Below are positions 13,096 to 26,630 of a stretch of DNA of 64,000 nucleotides, piece by piece. Each line of letters begins with the position of its first letter. The first letter of the stretch is position 1. The notes under the pieces are model-generated. The model saw nothing but the letters and a program-made list of their open reading frames with translations, ran no database searches and had not been told where the DNA came from. Made by a program: the position numbers and the translations under genes. Origin of the DNA: Lingula anatina (lineage: Eukaryota > Animalia > Brachiopoda); the NCBI GenBank assembly GCA_051362555.1, contig CM120645.1, positions 16,554,001-16,618,000 on the forward strand, given 5' to 3'.

Positions 13096-13382
13096 GAGAC
13101 CATTCCCAGAGATATCGTACTAACTTTGGATCGATCTATCTCCAAGGGGATTCTCACTTAATTGCTATCAAATTAAGTGGCTTAATTGTCTGTCACACCT
13201 ACTAAAGCTGTTAGGGGGAAATTAACTACCAGAGGCCAAGTGTGCATGAAAGTTAATTACCCCCTAGCTGATTCGATAGGCCTGACTGACACTGAAGCTG
13301 CCTAAGTTGATAGCAATTTAGTGTGAATCCCCATGGAGTTAGATCAATTCTATTGGATCAATCTAGGCATGGGAGCCCTGTC
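13096..13382. mobile_element. Family A MITE, longer diverged variant
   Basis: GAGACCATTCCCAGAGAT start, shared gatcgatctatc and ttaattacccc cores, TSD TAA/TAA. Confidence 0.7.
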
Positions 13383-13462
13383 TAAATGTTTAATTAACTG
13401 ATTGGTTTATTTCTTTAAAAAGGACTTTATTAACAAATACTTTTAAATCTTCATTATGTCAG

Positions 13463-14275
13463 ACTGATGTGAGTAGATGTTGTTACTCACTGACTGCTAG
13501 GTGGTATAGTAGCCAGGGCCCTCTTATAAAATGTCAGATAGATCAACCCTCCCCCCCATCCCAATTCATGGCCGCTTTACCACCTAGCAGTCACAGGCCT
13601 ACCCAACTACCAGACTCGGCACCTAAGAATCCTGAATTAACCGGTATATCGGACCACACTACCCGTTTTCAAGTAGTGTGTCAGATCGCATTTCGGAGTA
13701 TCAGCCAGAACACCGACAGGATGAGCCCTGGCATGCTCGGCTGTCACCTTGATTGGATAGTAAACGATTGTCGTAAAATCGCTATATGATTTTAAAACCG
13801 GGTGCATAAATTTGAAAGCCACCTAGATGAACCTTAGACTGCCACATTAATCTAATACAATGCAAAAAAGCCCTATCAAAAGTGGTTAAAACATTCAAAC
13901 CGAATGTCGTAGAGTCCCCATATATCCCCATAGAAACAATAAAATAGAGTACTCTAAAGTAAGAGTACAGTTTAAGGTTGTTCAGCCGAGCGTGGATGAG
14001 CCCGCAGTCGTGCTACAAAATTTGTTCTGGGGTATGATACTCCGAAATGCGATCTGACACACACCTTGAAAACGGGTAGCGTAGTCCAATATACCGGTTA
14101 ATTCAGGATCCTTATGTGCCGAGTCTGGTAGTTGGGTAGGCCTGAGTCAGTGAGTAACAACATACCTGATGAAAGCCTACATCCAGGCCATAAGCTAACG
14201 GCATTAAAGTTTTTGGTTTGTGTTTTATAATTTTCATTTATGACCCAACTACCAAGCTAATGAACATTTTTGCTC
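13463..14275. mobile_element. Older foldback/MITE host element interrupted by the 13594-14144 insertion
   Basis: Arms atgttgttactcactgactgctaggtggta / taccacctagcagtca...gtgagtaacaacat. Homologous to 47152-47395. Confidence 0.6.
13594..14144. mobile_element. Long-TIR non-autonomous DNA transposon (CAGGCCTACCCAAC termini, 5-bp TSD AGTCA)
   Basis: About 110-bp imperfect inverted arms (13594-13702 and 14035-14144), agtca on both flanks, CpG-rich. Confidence 0.85.
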
Positions 14276-16879
14276 ATGATATTCCTAATGGTTCTTCAGT
14301 TTTTTTAAATTAAAATTTAATACATTTATATATTTATTTTTGGGAGCAGGGAGAAGGGTGTCTCTGCATTCTTTACTCTCTTTCTCTTCTTTTTTTTAGA
14401 AGCTTGGCAAAGCATCAATTTTATACAGTATTATATCATTTATTTGGCAAGTCATAATCTCCTCTGGCAATAGAAAGAGCTTTTACCCTCCAAATAGATC
14501 CTTATGTCCTTATGTATATACAGTGAATACAGAGGTATCAGAAATTATCTTTCCTCTTCAGTGCCCTCCTAGTTGGTAAGGATCATGAGGTCTTGTAGTA
14601 TCTTTGTTAACCTTTTAGATTAGAACTTCTTATCAAGATTGGGATACAGGAATACTGTGACCTTGGGAATATACATATATTATTTATTCATCCATCAGGT
14701 TTTTTTATTTGGTTAGGCATGTATCTATTGCTTCATTTATTGCTTTATCTATTCATTTATTTCACTTATCCATTCATTATCTCCTTATCTAGTCATTTAT
14801 TCATATGTTCATCTATTTATTTATCAATCAAAGTTACTTGTATATTGCAGAGAGCAACCTGTTGTACCTCTGACATTTCCAAAAGAAACATTTGTTCATT
14901 TGTATGCTGATTTTAATAGTTATCTTAATTTCCCTTACTACCTGGTATACAATTTTTCACTGTATACTTCTAATCCTGCTAAAAAAACATTTCTGTTATA
15001 ATAAATCTTATTTAATGCACTTTTGCCAAAACTAGATTTTTGTCAATGTCAAATCTTAAAATCTGCAGTTCAGTTATAAAAACATATCAAAGGTATTCTA
15101 GTCTAAATTTTCCTGCTAAATCAAAGTTGCCTTGAAAATTTTAGTAATTTATTTTCACTCGCGAATCATAGCTTGTTACCCTTGGATTTGATCTTTTAAG
15201 CCATTTGTATAGTTTAATTATTCAGTTTTAAATGACTGGCCAGTCATTTAATCTGACAAGTCTCCCTCCATATTTAATGAAGAAATATCAACATCAGGTG
15301 CTTATATTTGATGAGTTTTATCATTTGTATGGTCTGAATTTGGAAAGCTTTGCAGAATATATGTTAACTGTGTGACTTTTTCAAAAGAGGAAAGTACATG
15401 TATACCTATAAAACCTATAAAAGTAAGAGTACAGTTTAAGGTTGTTCAGCCGAGCGTGGATGAGCCCGCAGTCGTGCTACAAAATTTGTTCTGGGGTATG
15501 ATACTCCGAAATGCGATCTGACACACACCTTGAAAACGGGTAGCGTAGTCCAATATACCGGTTAATTCAGGATCCTTATGTGCCGAGTCTGGTAGTTGGG
15601 TAGGCCTGAGTCAGTGAGTAACAACATACCTGATGAAAGCCTACATCCAGGCCATAAGCTAACGGCATTAAAGTTTTTGGTTTGTGTTTTATAATTTTCA
15701 TTTATGACCCAACTACCAAGCTAATGAACATTTTTGCTCATGATATTCCTAATGGTTCTTCAGTTTTTTTAAATTAAAATTTAATACATTTATATATTTA
15801 TTTTTGGGAGCAGGGAGAAGGGTGTCTCTGCATTCTTTACTCTCTTTCTCTTCTTTTTTTTAGAAGCTTGGCAAAGCATCAATTTTATACAGTATTATAT
15901 CATTTATTTGGCAAGTCATAATCTCCTCTGGCAATAGAAAGAGCTTTTACCCTCCAAATAGATCCTTATGTCCTTATGTATATACAGTGAATACAGAGGT
16001 ATCAGAAATTATCTTTCCTCTTCAGTGCCCTCCTAGTTGGTAAGGATCATGAGGTCTTGTAGTATCTTTGTTAACCTTTTAGATTAGAACTTCTTATCAA
16101 GATTGGGATACAGGAATACTGTGACCTTGGGAATATACATATATTATTTATTCATCCATCAGGTTTTTTTATTTGGTTAGGCATGTATCTATTGCTTCAT
16201 TTATTGCTTTATCTATTCATTTATTTCACTTATCCATTCATTATCTCCTTATCTAGTCATTTATTCATATGTTCATCTATTTATTTATCAATCAAAGTTA
16301 CTTGTATATTGCAGAGAGCAACCTGTTGTACCTCTGACATTTCCAAAAGAAACATTTGTTCATTTGTATGCTGATTTTAATAGTTATCTTAATTTCCCTT
16401 ACTACCTGGTATACAATTTTTCACTGTATACTTCTAATCCTGCTAAAAAAACATTTCTGTTATAATAAATCTTATTTAATGCACTTTTGCCAAAACTAGA
16501 TTTTTGTCAATGTCAAATCTTAAAATCTGCAGTTCAGTTATAAAAACATATCAAAGGTATTCTAGTCTAAATTTTCCTGCTAAATCAAAGTTGCCTTGAA
16601 AATTTTAGTAATTTATTTTCACTCGCGAATCATAGCTTGTTACCCTTGGATTTGATCTTTTAAGCCATTTGTATAGTTTAATTATTCAGTTTTAAATGAC
16701 TGGCCAGTCATTTAATCTGACAAGTCTCCCTCCATATTTAATGAAGAAATATCAACATCAGGTGCTTATATTTGATGAGTTTTATCATTTGTATGGTCTG
16801 AATTTGGAAAGCTTTGCAGAATATATGTTAACTGTGTGACTTTTTCAAAAGAGGAAAGTACATGTATACCTATAAAACC
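13956..16879. repeat. Near-perfect tandem duplication, period 1464 bp
   Basis: 13956-15415 repeats as 15420-16879. Identical ORFs are called at 14719 and 16183. No differences seen by eye. Confidence 0.95.
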
Positions 16880-17566
16880 ATTCACTGGTGCAGATCGAAG
16901 TAGGGCAGTCTTACCAGATTTATTGAAAATGACTTCTTAAAACAAGGAAATGTTATGTCACTGAAGACCACCAAAAATGCCAGTAATTTACCTGATGCCA
17001 ACAAAAAGCTGAGGCAGATGTTTAATTGGCAAACTAATAACCTATTGAAAACCTTTTCACACCTGTTGACATCTTCCACACTGGGATAAATGAAGACAGT
17101 GCATGCTGAACAGGGTTACATTGCATGCAGTGCTTGACAACTCCCTTTAATTAGTCTAGCTAGCCTTTTAGCAAAGGGCAAGACAGCAGGTGGCACTAAG
17201 ACAAAGTGTAAAATTAATTTACCTCTGCTGTGAAGAGAATTTATTATTCAGAGAAGCTGGCCTAAGCATAAAACTTTTAATATTTTGGTCTTTTTCTTTA
17301 TACATCTGTCGTAACATGCCATTGTATGTATCATTAATGCTTGAAACACAAATTCACACCTTTCAAACACCTTTATTGGTCTACCTGTACAACAACACTC
17401 AATTGTACTTAATTCTGTTAAATGCAATATATAAATAGGGGCCCTCTGAATATTATTTTCACAGTCAAGGGTACCAGTATCTGTGAATTAAGCAAGTACT
17501 CTGCAATCTGTCTGGCAGATCAATTAACAGGTGAGCCTTTGAACCACATGACACCCTGTTATTCAT

Positions 17567-17613
<47 letters not shown>

Positions 17614-19231
17614 TTGTGAAGTGGGTCTTCAACTGACTTGTTGCACAAGTATTTATTTTGTGTAAACTTTCTGCTTGGATATGACTGACACAGTGCCCAT
17701 GTAACAATATAATTTCCTTAAGTAATTACCTTAAGCTTAAGCTTGTTAATGCAAGCTGAAGGGACTTACTGCTTGATAAACAGTGTCAAAACATCAGTTT
17801 GACGTAATTTCTATCTGGATAGGCACACGCACACACACTCACACAAAGATACACACACCACATGAGTCTTAGGCCTGCTTTCACAACTGTACTTGCATGA
17901 TTATTCAGTCTCTTGCAGACAATAAATGTCATTTAATCTGTGAAACTCAAAACATGACATTTACGCAGTGTACTTCAAAGAAATGCTTCTTTTTCAATTA
18001 TGTAATACTACTCTGTGCTATTATAATCTATAAATTATATATAACTTGCTTAAATAATTAAAAAAAAATTTACCAGTACATACTGGTATAGCAGTTGGAA
18101 AATTTTGCCTTAAACTAATGGTGATAGAATTTAAATATATAAGTCGAGGGGAAGGCACCTGACTGATTAAGTATATGGGGGGGGGGGGGGGGGATAGGTT
18201 GTCACATATCTATTACAGTCTGTTGGAAGTGAATGAAGTTTGATCATCAAAATGCGATGTGTATAGGCCTTGTTAGATTACATCCCACAAATACCAATAG
18301 TACACATGTGCACCCAGTACACTTCATTACACCTAACTGTAAAAGTTGCATCATTATGTTGCTACTGGGGAATTCAGTTAATCAGTGAAGATAGCTCAAT
18401 TAATGTCCCACATGGCTGAGAAACTAAAGAGTACAAGTTGATTTAATTTGTTGGCTACGTCTGGTACAGCAGGTAAGAAAAGTGATAACGACACAATCTC
18501 ATTACTGTATTTAGGCTTCCTTCAGTGGCAGCACTCCAGATAGCTTCACAGGCCTATAGACTTATGTCTGTTTGTGTGTGTGAGTGTGTGTTGGGGGGGA
18601 GGGGGGGGGAGAGGCACAGAAAAAATGCCCTTTTGGCCAGAAAAGGTGAGCTTTTGAATCAAAATTCGATCTATAGTTTTATACTATATTAATCAAGTAT
18701 GGATAAAAAGGTCTAATTTTTCAGAACAGATGCCGATCTCTTTGAAACTGCTGGCTTAACAGGCCTGATAATACATGTAATAAGCTGATAAAATCCCACA
18801 ACATAGTCATTAAGTTCCCCAGGCATTTTTACCCTTTTCTTGCATGCCAATCCATAATAAGTTGTTAATTATGGTGTATTAATTATTGTAATCATTATAT
18901 AATACCCCATACTTCCCACTTGTTATTTGCAATTTTAATTGTGATATTTAGGCTTAGACAGGCATTGTATAGGATATGAGGTAAACATGTAGGCTTGTGT
19001 ATGATATATGTCTCAATACTTTTGCCTTTTTCTGGTAAAGACAGGATGGTAAAGACAGGAAATAACTTCTTCTCACAGGCAGGGTAAGGGAACTGTCTCT
19101 ATGGTATTAGCTGGTTGAATAGCATCTCTGCTTAACATGTATATGATTAAATGCATTCAGGTGAACCTGTTGATTGTCTTTGAAAAAAATTTGGGTTGTC
19201 ATCTCTATCACCTCTTCCAAATAGCCAAATG

Positions 19232-19402
19232 CAGGGGCGGATCCAGAGATATTTTCTGACAGTCTTCCAAATTATCTTTGTTGATCCATCCTCTATTTTT
19301 GACCGTCTTCTGACAGAAAAAAACACTGGATACCCATCAATGTAAACTTGAAAATCTGACCGTCTTCCAGAAGACCCAGAAGACAGCCTCAATCCACCCC
19401 TG
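19232..19402. mobile_element. hAT-like MITE, second copy (5-bp TSD AAATG)
   Basis: CAGGGGCGGAT...ATCCACCCCTG flanked by aaatg/aaatg. Interior matches 2733-2899. Confidence 0.85.
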
Positions 19403-20331
19403 AAATGGTCATTCATTAAAAAAAGGCACTACAGGTAGAACCAACCATTTTTTCAAAATGCTCTGTATAAAAAAGCTGCCTTTGGGTTTGACCATTTCCG
19501 CAGAAAAAAAGGTCATGTATGCTCCACATATTGGTACACATGTTGCATTTCCTGCTTATGTTTGCAATTATACTATAAATGTGGCTGTCATAAAACTTGG
19601 GATTACAGTTGGAATTGTAGTGCTCGCAAATGTAAGTTGACAAATTTTTTCACTTTCAATTTGCTTAAGTTTTTTTTTTTATCTGCATGTTGAAGAGCTG
19701 AATACTTAGCAGTAAGAGTTGGATTCAAACAATTTATTATCATGATCAAATATAAACATATATAAATAACCATTTGACCAAAAAAATAAGTAAATGTTTT
19801 TTTTTATTATTATTTATAAATGTATTATTCACAAATAATGTGGATTTCTGAACTTGGTTAAACAAATATACAATTTTAAATATACAGCATTTAGCAAGGC
19901 AACAATGTCCAGAGTAATATTTTGGTTCAAGACTGGGGTCTAGTAAAAACGAACAAGCCCACAGGCAAGGTGGGTGGGTGGGGTTGAAAGAACCATTCTT
20001 TTGGGCAGAAAAGATTGGCCCTGAATCAAAATTGATCAAAGTAGGAGCCACCTTACCCTCTTCCAGGACCCCAGTTATTATTATGTGGACATTTTGTCTT
20101 AGAGGACCCTGTAACTTTTGTCCAGATGGAAGTAGTTAAATCTGCATGCTTGTAGATGGCATTGTACCCACTCTGTAGGATTTAAATGGGAGCTGGGCTT
20201 TGCCCTTATATGATTAACACTGGTTACGTAACCAGTCTTGTCTTGTCTGTCTGCTGAAACAAGACACATGGACATCCTAAAGCAACAATATTTTTATAAG
20301 AAGCTATTTTTGCTGTCACAGAGGAGCAATA

Positions 20332-23300
20332 AACTGTCTTGATTGCTGTCAAGGGCCCAAATACTTTTTGGTATTTTAAAGGGCGAGGTGCCATTTGAAG
20401 TTTAGTTTAGAACTATGATTTAGAGCTATGATTCAGCTAGTCAAAGTTCTATTTTCAAGACAGGACCATTGGGGTGATTTTTTTCAGAAATCAAAGGGGG
20501 GTCAGGTCCACCCTGACACTCCCCTAAATTCACCACTGTGGTTATTCTCCATGCTGTGACCCTGTGATGAAATCTCAAGGATGATTACATGGCTAGTAAT
20601 TGTTTGCATAACTACTCAGGCACTGCCACTTCCCTGCCAAGTCCCCCTGACAGCAATCAAGACAGTTAATTGAGCAGGCCCAGACCTGATGGGGGAGGGG
20701 GTCAGTTTTGCATCCGTGAACCCCCCTTCAAATAATCTTGGATCCATCCCTGACCATCAATCTAACCAGAGACATATCTAGTGGAAAATCAAATTGTGGC
20801 TCTGATAGAGGGTATCCAGGGCCATCCCATTTCTCAATTTTGGCCCACAAAGGGTTATAAAAGGTCCAATTTTAAAGTACATCCACCCACCCCTCCTTTG
20901 AAATTGCTGGCTGCCAGCCTTCACGATGAGCATGTATTGTCCACATTTTTAAACTGTTCATTGGCCCCATGTGATTAATTTGCATAAACTACATTGTACT
21001 GCTGATATGAATATATGGGCCCCAACTTTAAGTGGACTACAACTGGTACAACAAAAACCAAAACAAAACTGATCCCTTCAACATGGATAAGACTGCAATT
21101 TAGTGAAAAATTCTGAAAATATGGTGTGGGGTCCAAACGGGATTTACACAAACTAAAGTAGACCTAATTTTGGGTCTAAAAGTTGAGACCAATTTTGAAG
21201 CTAAAGCTGAAGTAAAATATGACTAAACCCTTATAGAAATTCACTAGGGACCTGACCTAGCCAAACCAAGGCAACCTGGAACCATAACATATAGTCAATA
21301 CAATAGACTTCTGGGGACAAAATCTTCTCACAGCTTGCCAAATGGTTTCCCTGTGAACTTAATTGGGTTCATGGTGCCTAAATTGTACATTTTACACAGG
21401 AGAGATTATCCTCAACATGCTAGTTTAAATAGAACCTTAGAGAAAACTCTGTGAAAAAGGTGCATTTTAATTACTAACACCAAGGAGTTTATATTTTCAC
21501 CTCCTTTGGTCTTTCTGTTTGTCACAGCCTAACTAAAAAGTTATGGATGAAATTTGATGAAATTTTCAGGATAGGTTAGAAATGACTGGGCTAACATAAA
21601 CCTACTATCAGATTTTTGATGGTGGTCTGGATCACCTTTTAGTTTTATTTAGTAGCTTTTTAGTTTCATTTTTTCAAAATTTTTGTGGAGATGAGCCCCA
21701 AAGCCTTATTCATGGCTTTGGGAAGGGGGGAGGTATCCCCTTCCTGTTCCCTACTCCACCATAAATAAATGTCCATATCACCTAGCAGCCTAAAATATTT
21801 AGGGAAAAACAGTGATATAAAATTTTTGGTAGGACCAGTAGATATTTTGCCCGGTTGGTCTGAACAAGGAGTTACAACTGACCAGTTATGCACCAGAGTT
21901 TTCGCCATGTCTGCAAACTCAAAAATATAGCATTTTATGGGTAACAAGGCTAGAGCATGGTGCAACAAAGTACTTTTTGGTGTGTGGGCACTTTTTACAG
22001 TTTTAGGGACTTGGCAGGGACTTGTGAAGCTGCAGTGACTGAGTAGTTATGCAAACAATTACTAGCCATGTAATCATCCTTGAGATTTCATTACAGGGTC
22101 ACAGCATGGAGAATAACCACAGTGGTGAATTTAGGGGAGTGTTAGGGCAGACATGACCCCCCTTCGATTTCTGAAAAAAATCACCCCAATGGTCCCGTCT
22201 TGAAATTAGAACTTTGACTAGCTGAATCATAGTTCTAAACTGTACCAAATGGCACCTCACCCTTTAAAATACCAAAAAGTTTTCGGGCCTCTGAGCAGGC
22301 CAAGACCTGTAGGGGGAGGGGGTCAGTTTGCATCTGCGAACCCCCCTTCAAATAATCTTGGATCCATCCCTGACCATCAATCTAACCAGAGACATATCTA
22401 GTGAAAGATCAAATTGTGGCTCTGATAGAGGGTAGCCAGGGCCATCTCATTTCTCAATTTTGGCCCACAAATGGTTATAAAAGGTCAATTTTTTTAAGAA
22501 CATCCACCCCACCCCCCTCCTTTGAAATTGCTGGCTGCCAGCCTACACGATGAGCATGTATTGTCCACATTTTTAAAGTGTTCATTGGCCCCATGTGATT
22601 AATTTGTATAAACTACATTGTACTGCTGATATGAATATATGGGCCCCAACTTTAAGTGGACTACAGCTGGTACAACAAAAACCAAAACAAAACTGATCCC
22701 TTCAACATGGATAAGACTGCAATTTAGAGAAAAATTCTGAAAATATGGTGTGGGGTCCAAACGGGATTTACACAAACTAAAGTAGACCTAATTTTGGGTC
22801 TAAAAGTTGAGACCAATTTTGAAGCTAAAGCTGAAGTAAAATATGACTAAACCCTTATAGAAATTCACTAGGGACCTGACCTAGCCAAACCAAGGCAACC
22901 TGGAACCATAACAAATAGTCAATACAATAGACTTCTGGGGACAAAATCTTCTCACAGCTTGCCAAATGGTTTCCCTGTGAACTTAATTGGGTTCATGGTG
23001 CCTAAATTGTACATTTTACACAGGAGAGATTATCCTCAACATACTAATTTAAATAGAACCTTAGAGAAAACTCTGTGAAAAAGGTGCATTTTAATTACTA
23101 ACACCAAGGAGTTTATATTTTCACCTCCTTTGGTCTTTCTGTTTGTCACAGCCTAACTAAAAAGTTATGGATGAATTTTGATGAAATTTTCAGGATAGGT
23201 TAGAAATGACTGGGTAACATAAACCTACTATCAGATTTTTGATGGTGGTCTGGATCACCTTTTAGTTTCATTTAGTAGCTTTTTAGTTTCATTTTGAGAC

Positions 23301-24151
23301 CTAAAAGTTGAGACCAATTTTGAAGCTAAAGCTGAAGTAGAATATGACTAAACCCTTATAGAAATTCACTAGGGACCTGACCTAGCCAAACCAAGGCAAC
23401 CTGGAACCATAACAAATAGTCAATACAATAGACTTCTGGGGACAAAATCTTCTCACAGCTTGCCAAATGGTTTCCCTATGAACTTAATTGGGTTCATGGT
23501 GCCTAAATTGTAAATTTTACACAGGAGAGATTATCCTCAACATACTAGTTTAAATAGAACCTTAGAGAAAACTCTGTGCAAAAGGTGCATTTTAATTACT
23601 AACACCAAGGAGTTTATATTTTCACCTCCTTTGGTCTTTCTGTTTGTCACAGCCTAACTAAAAAGTTATGGATGAATTTTGATGAAATTTTCAGGATAGG
23701 TTAGAAATGACTGGGCTAACTTAAACCTACTATCAGGTTTTTGATGGTGGTCTGAATCACCTTTTAGTTTCATTTAGTAGCTTTTTAGTTTCATTTTTTC
23801 AAAGTTTTTGTGGAGATGAGCCCCAAAGCCTTATTCATGGCTTTGGGAAGGGGGGAGATATCCCCCTCCTGTTCCCTACTCCACCATAAATAAATGTCCA
23901 TATCACCTAGAAGCCTAAAATATTTAAGGAAAAATAGTGATATAAAATTTTTGGTAGGACCAGTAGATATTTTGCCCGGTTGGTCTGAACAAGGAGTTAC
24001 AACTGTTGTAACTCCTTGGTCTGAAGGACCAGTTATGGGCCAGAGTTTTCGCCATGTCTGCAAACACAAAAATATAGCATTTCATGGGTAACAAGGCTAG
24101 AGCATGGTGCGACAAAGTACTTTTTGGTGTGTGGGCAATTTTTACAGTTTT
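20332..24151. repeat. Complex local duplication with an inversion
   Basis: Block A (about 20354-20645) is inverted at 22006-22289. Block B (20671-22005) is repeated in part at 22292-23294 and again at about 23299-24151. Confidence 0.9.
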
Positions 24152-25446
24152 AATTGGATTCAGCATAAGAGCACATCTTGAATTTAACAAAATAAAGAGG
24201 AAAGTGGGTAGAAAACAACTATGTTTCTTGGCCAACTGCTTCCTCTTGGGATTAAGTCTTTGAAGCAGAGGCCGGACTTGTGAAATTCAATACAGTATAA
24301 TAGAAGTGTATGTTCATACAAGTCCATCTTCTTTCTTTGAATGGAAATCTTTCATTTGTGCCCCCTTAGAGACAAAGTGTATAACATAATGCAATGCACA
24401 GCAATTTTTCATATTACCTTTAAATACATTTTAGAATTGAGTTTAAAAAGTACACAGTAATGTTTGTACAGATGTACAGACCTTATAAACAAAAACAAAA
24501 AAAAACACCAAATGGCAGAACGTTGGTGTCCAGGTTAAACATCAAGTACTCCGGTTAACTGGTTGATCCAGATGAGATCCAGATGAGATGGAAGAAATTG
24601 GCCAAGTAGAAGCAACACCATAAGATACTATTCATTGTATACAAAAAAAGTTTAATTTTCACCTTGGCTTTTATTTTGCAAATTTCAATCTTATGGAACA
24701 TTTTATATCATCAATAAATAAAATCATTTATTTTAAATTATAGTTGGAAAGTAATAGCATAATTGTCCACATTAAAATGACTGTGCTGACTGCCAAACTC
24801 AAAAGTAGTAGATGGGGTTCCATGGGGTTCTTTATGTCAGTCTAAACAGGAATACATCAATCACAAGTATCCATAAATGTATAATATACTTATACGTATA
24901 ATATACATAATATACTTTGCAATGGTAAACATAGACACACGTGGAACTCCAATAAGCCCACCTCAACATATATTCCTTGTTTCTTTATTTTGTTATTGTG
25001 TTAAAAACAACTGGAATTTCACTCTAGACTGAAAACTGAACCTTCAATTTGCTTTAAAAAAACATTGAACTAAGTCAACCATTAATTCCCCATACTGCTT
25101 TCATGAACAGACAGTTTGCTGAATGAATTCTTACAAAGCAATTTTCTCATCCTGCGTGCTGATGGTTTACATATTACGCCTTGTTACATGTTTGAAGAAA
25201 AATGGTCATGCAATAGTTTCTGAGAGGTATCACTGTTCAACAGCAAATGACGTGCAAATCAGAAATAAGATTGAATTTTGTGGGAAGTTGTTTAGAAATG
25301 TCTGAAACGTTATTAAATCTAAACAATGCGAAGGTTACCTAGACATTAAACACCCAGCAACAACATAATGGAAATATAAGATAAAAGCATGTGAATTCCT
25401 CAAAGAATTTAATAGCCTCCCAAAAATTGTCTGGCATTACTACTAA

Positions 25447-25661
25447 GGGAGCATTCCCATAGATTTTAGATTGATCTATCCCCGTGGGGAGTCTCACTAG
25501 ATTACTGTCAGATAATCCGGCTTAAATGTCCATCCCGCCTACTACAAGCTGTAAGGGGGTAATTAACTTTTGTGCACGAGTAGGCTGACTGCAATTTAGC
25601 GTGAACCCCCAGGAGTTAGGTTGATCTAGTAAGATCGATCTAAATCTCTGGGAATGCCTTC
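25447..25661. mobile_element. Family A MITE copy
   Basis: 215 bp, opposite orientation to copy 1, TSD TAA/TAA. Confidence 0.85.
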
Positions 25662-26031
25662 TAATTGAGATTGAGCATTAGAGAATGCATAGTGCTATCC
25701 AATGTTTTAACACATACTAATTTTAAAAGGACCCCAATAACAACTGCAAAACTATGATGTCCTCACCTCTCTAAATTACCTTGAATTATACCTCTATCTT
25801 TCTTCCCCAAGAGCAAGAATATTGTATTTCCCTGACATTGATTTAGATGCAAAAAAAAACTGTGATAAGTAATGATCAGTTGTAAACTTACCACCTGAAC
25901 CTTCTGTTCAGTTTGAACTTGCTAAAACATGTTCGAAATTATATCTATATTGAAATATGTGGTCTTTAAATGTAAACCAATGTTCAGCAACTAGCCCAAG
26001 AACCCTTCAAGAAGTAGCATTCAGGTTCAGA

Positions 26032-26235
26032 CATCAAACTAGCTGGGTTGGTCCAACTCTGCAGGAGATTCCTATATATGCTAAAATGCAATCAGTGGAA
26101 TTGGCTTAATCAGCACACAATAGTTAATTACCCTCTAGTTGCTCAAAGAGGCTTGTCAGAAAATTAAGCTAATTTCACTGATTGCACTTTAGTGAGAATC
26201 CCCTGCAGAGTTGGACCAAACCAGCTAGTACGATG
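26032..26235. mobile_element. Palindromic MITE distantly related to family A
   Basis: Arms actagctgggttggtccaactctgcaggagattc / gaatcccctgcagagttggaccaaaccagctagt, central agttaattacc core. Confidence 0.7.
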
Positions 26236-26630
26236 ATTCAAATTTTCACTTTCCCAAGTGATCATAACAACAAGTGATGACAGACCAAAATGATAATTTT
26301 TCATAAAAGTGAAACTACAAACATAACTTCTATTCTATCTGTTATATGTATCAGATTGTTAGACTACATCAGTGTAGATCCAATTTGATGTTGGTCCAGG
26401 GTTTTTGTCAAATTGAAGGCTCCTGTTTGTGAGGGTTTTTAGAAAGATTTTATCTCTATTTTAGAGCTAGACCCTTCGATCTGCAGTTAAAATGGTAGGT
26501 TCCATTGGCATATTTCCATTTTTACAAGGGTCTCACCTATAACCCAAATGGCAATATTAATAGGATGAAGGAAACATGATAGGAAATCAGTGGCAAAACA
26601 TATTCAATTTGCCTGAATTTCCTAACAATT

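Noticed and set aside
21666-24235. Paralogous 90-100 aa ORFs in the duplicated block
   Set aside because: The similarity comes from the DNA duplication, the frames differ between copies, and there are no domain signatures.
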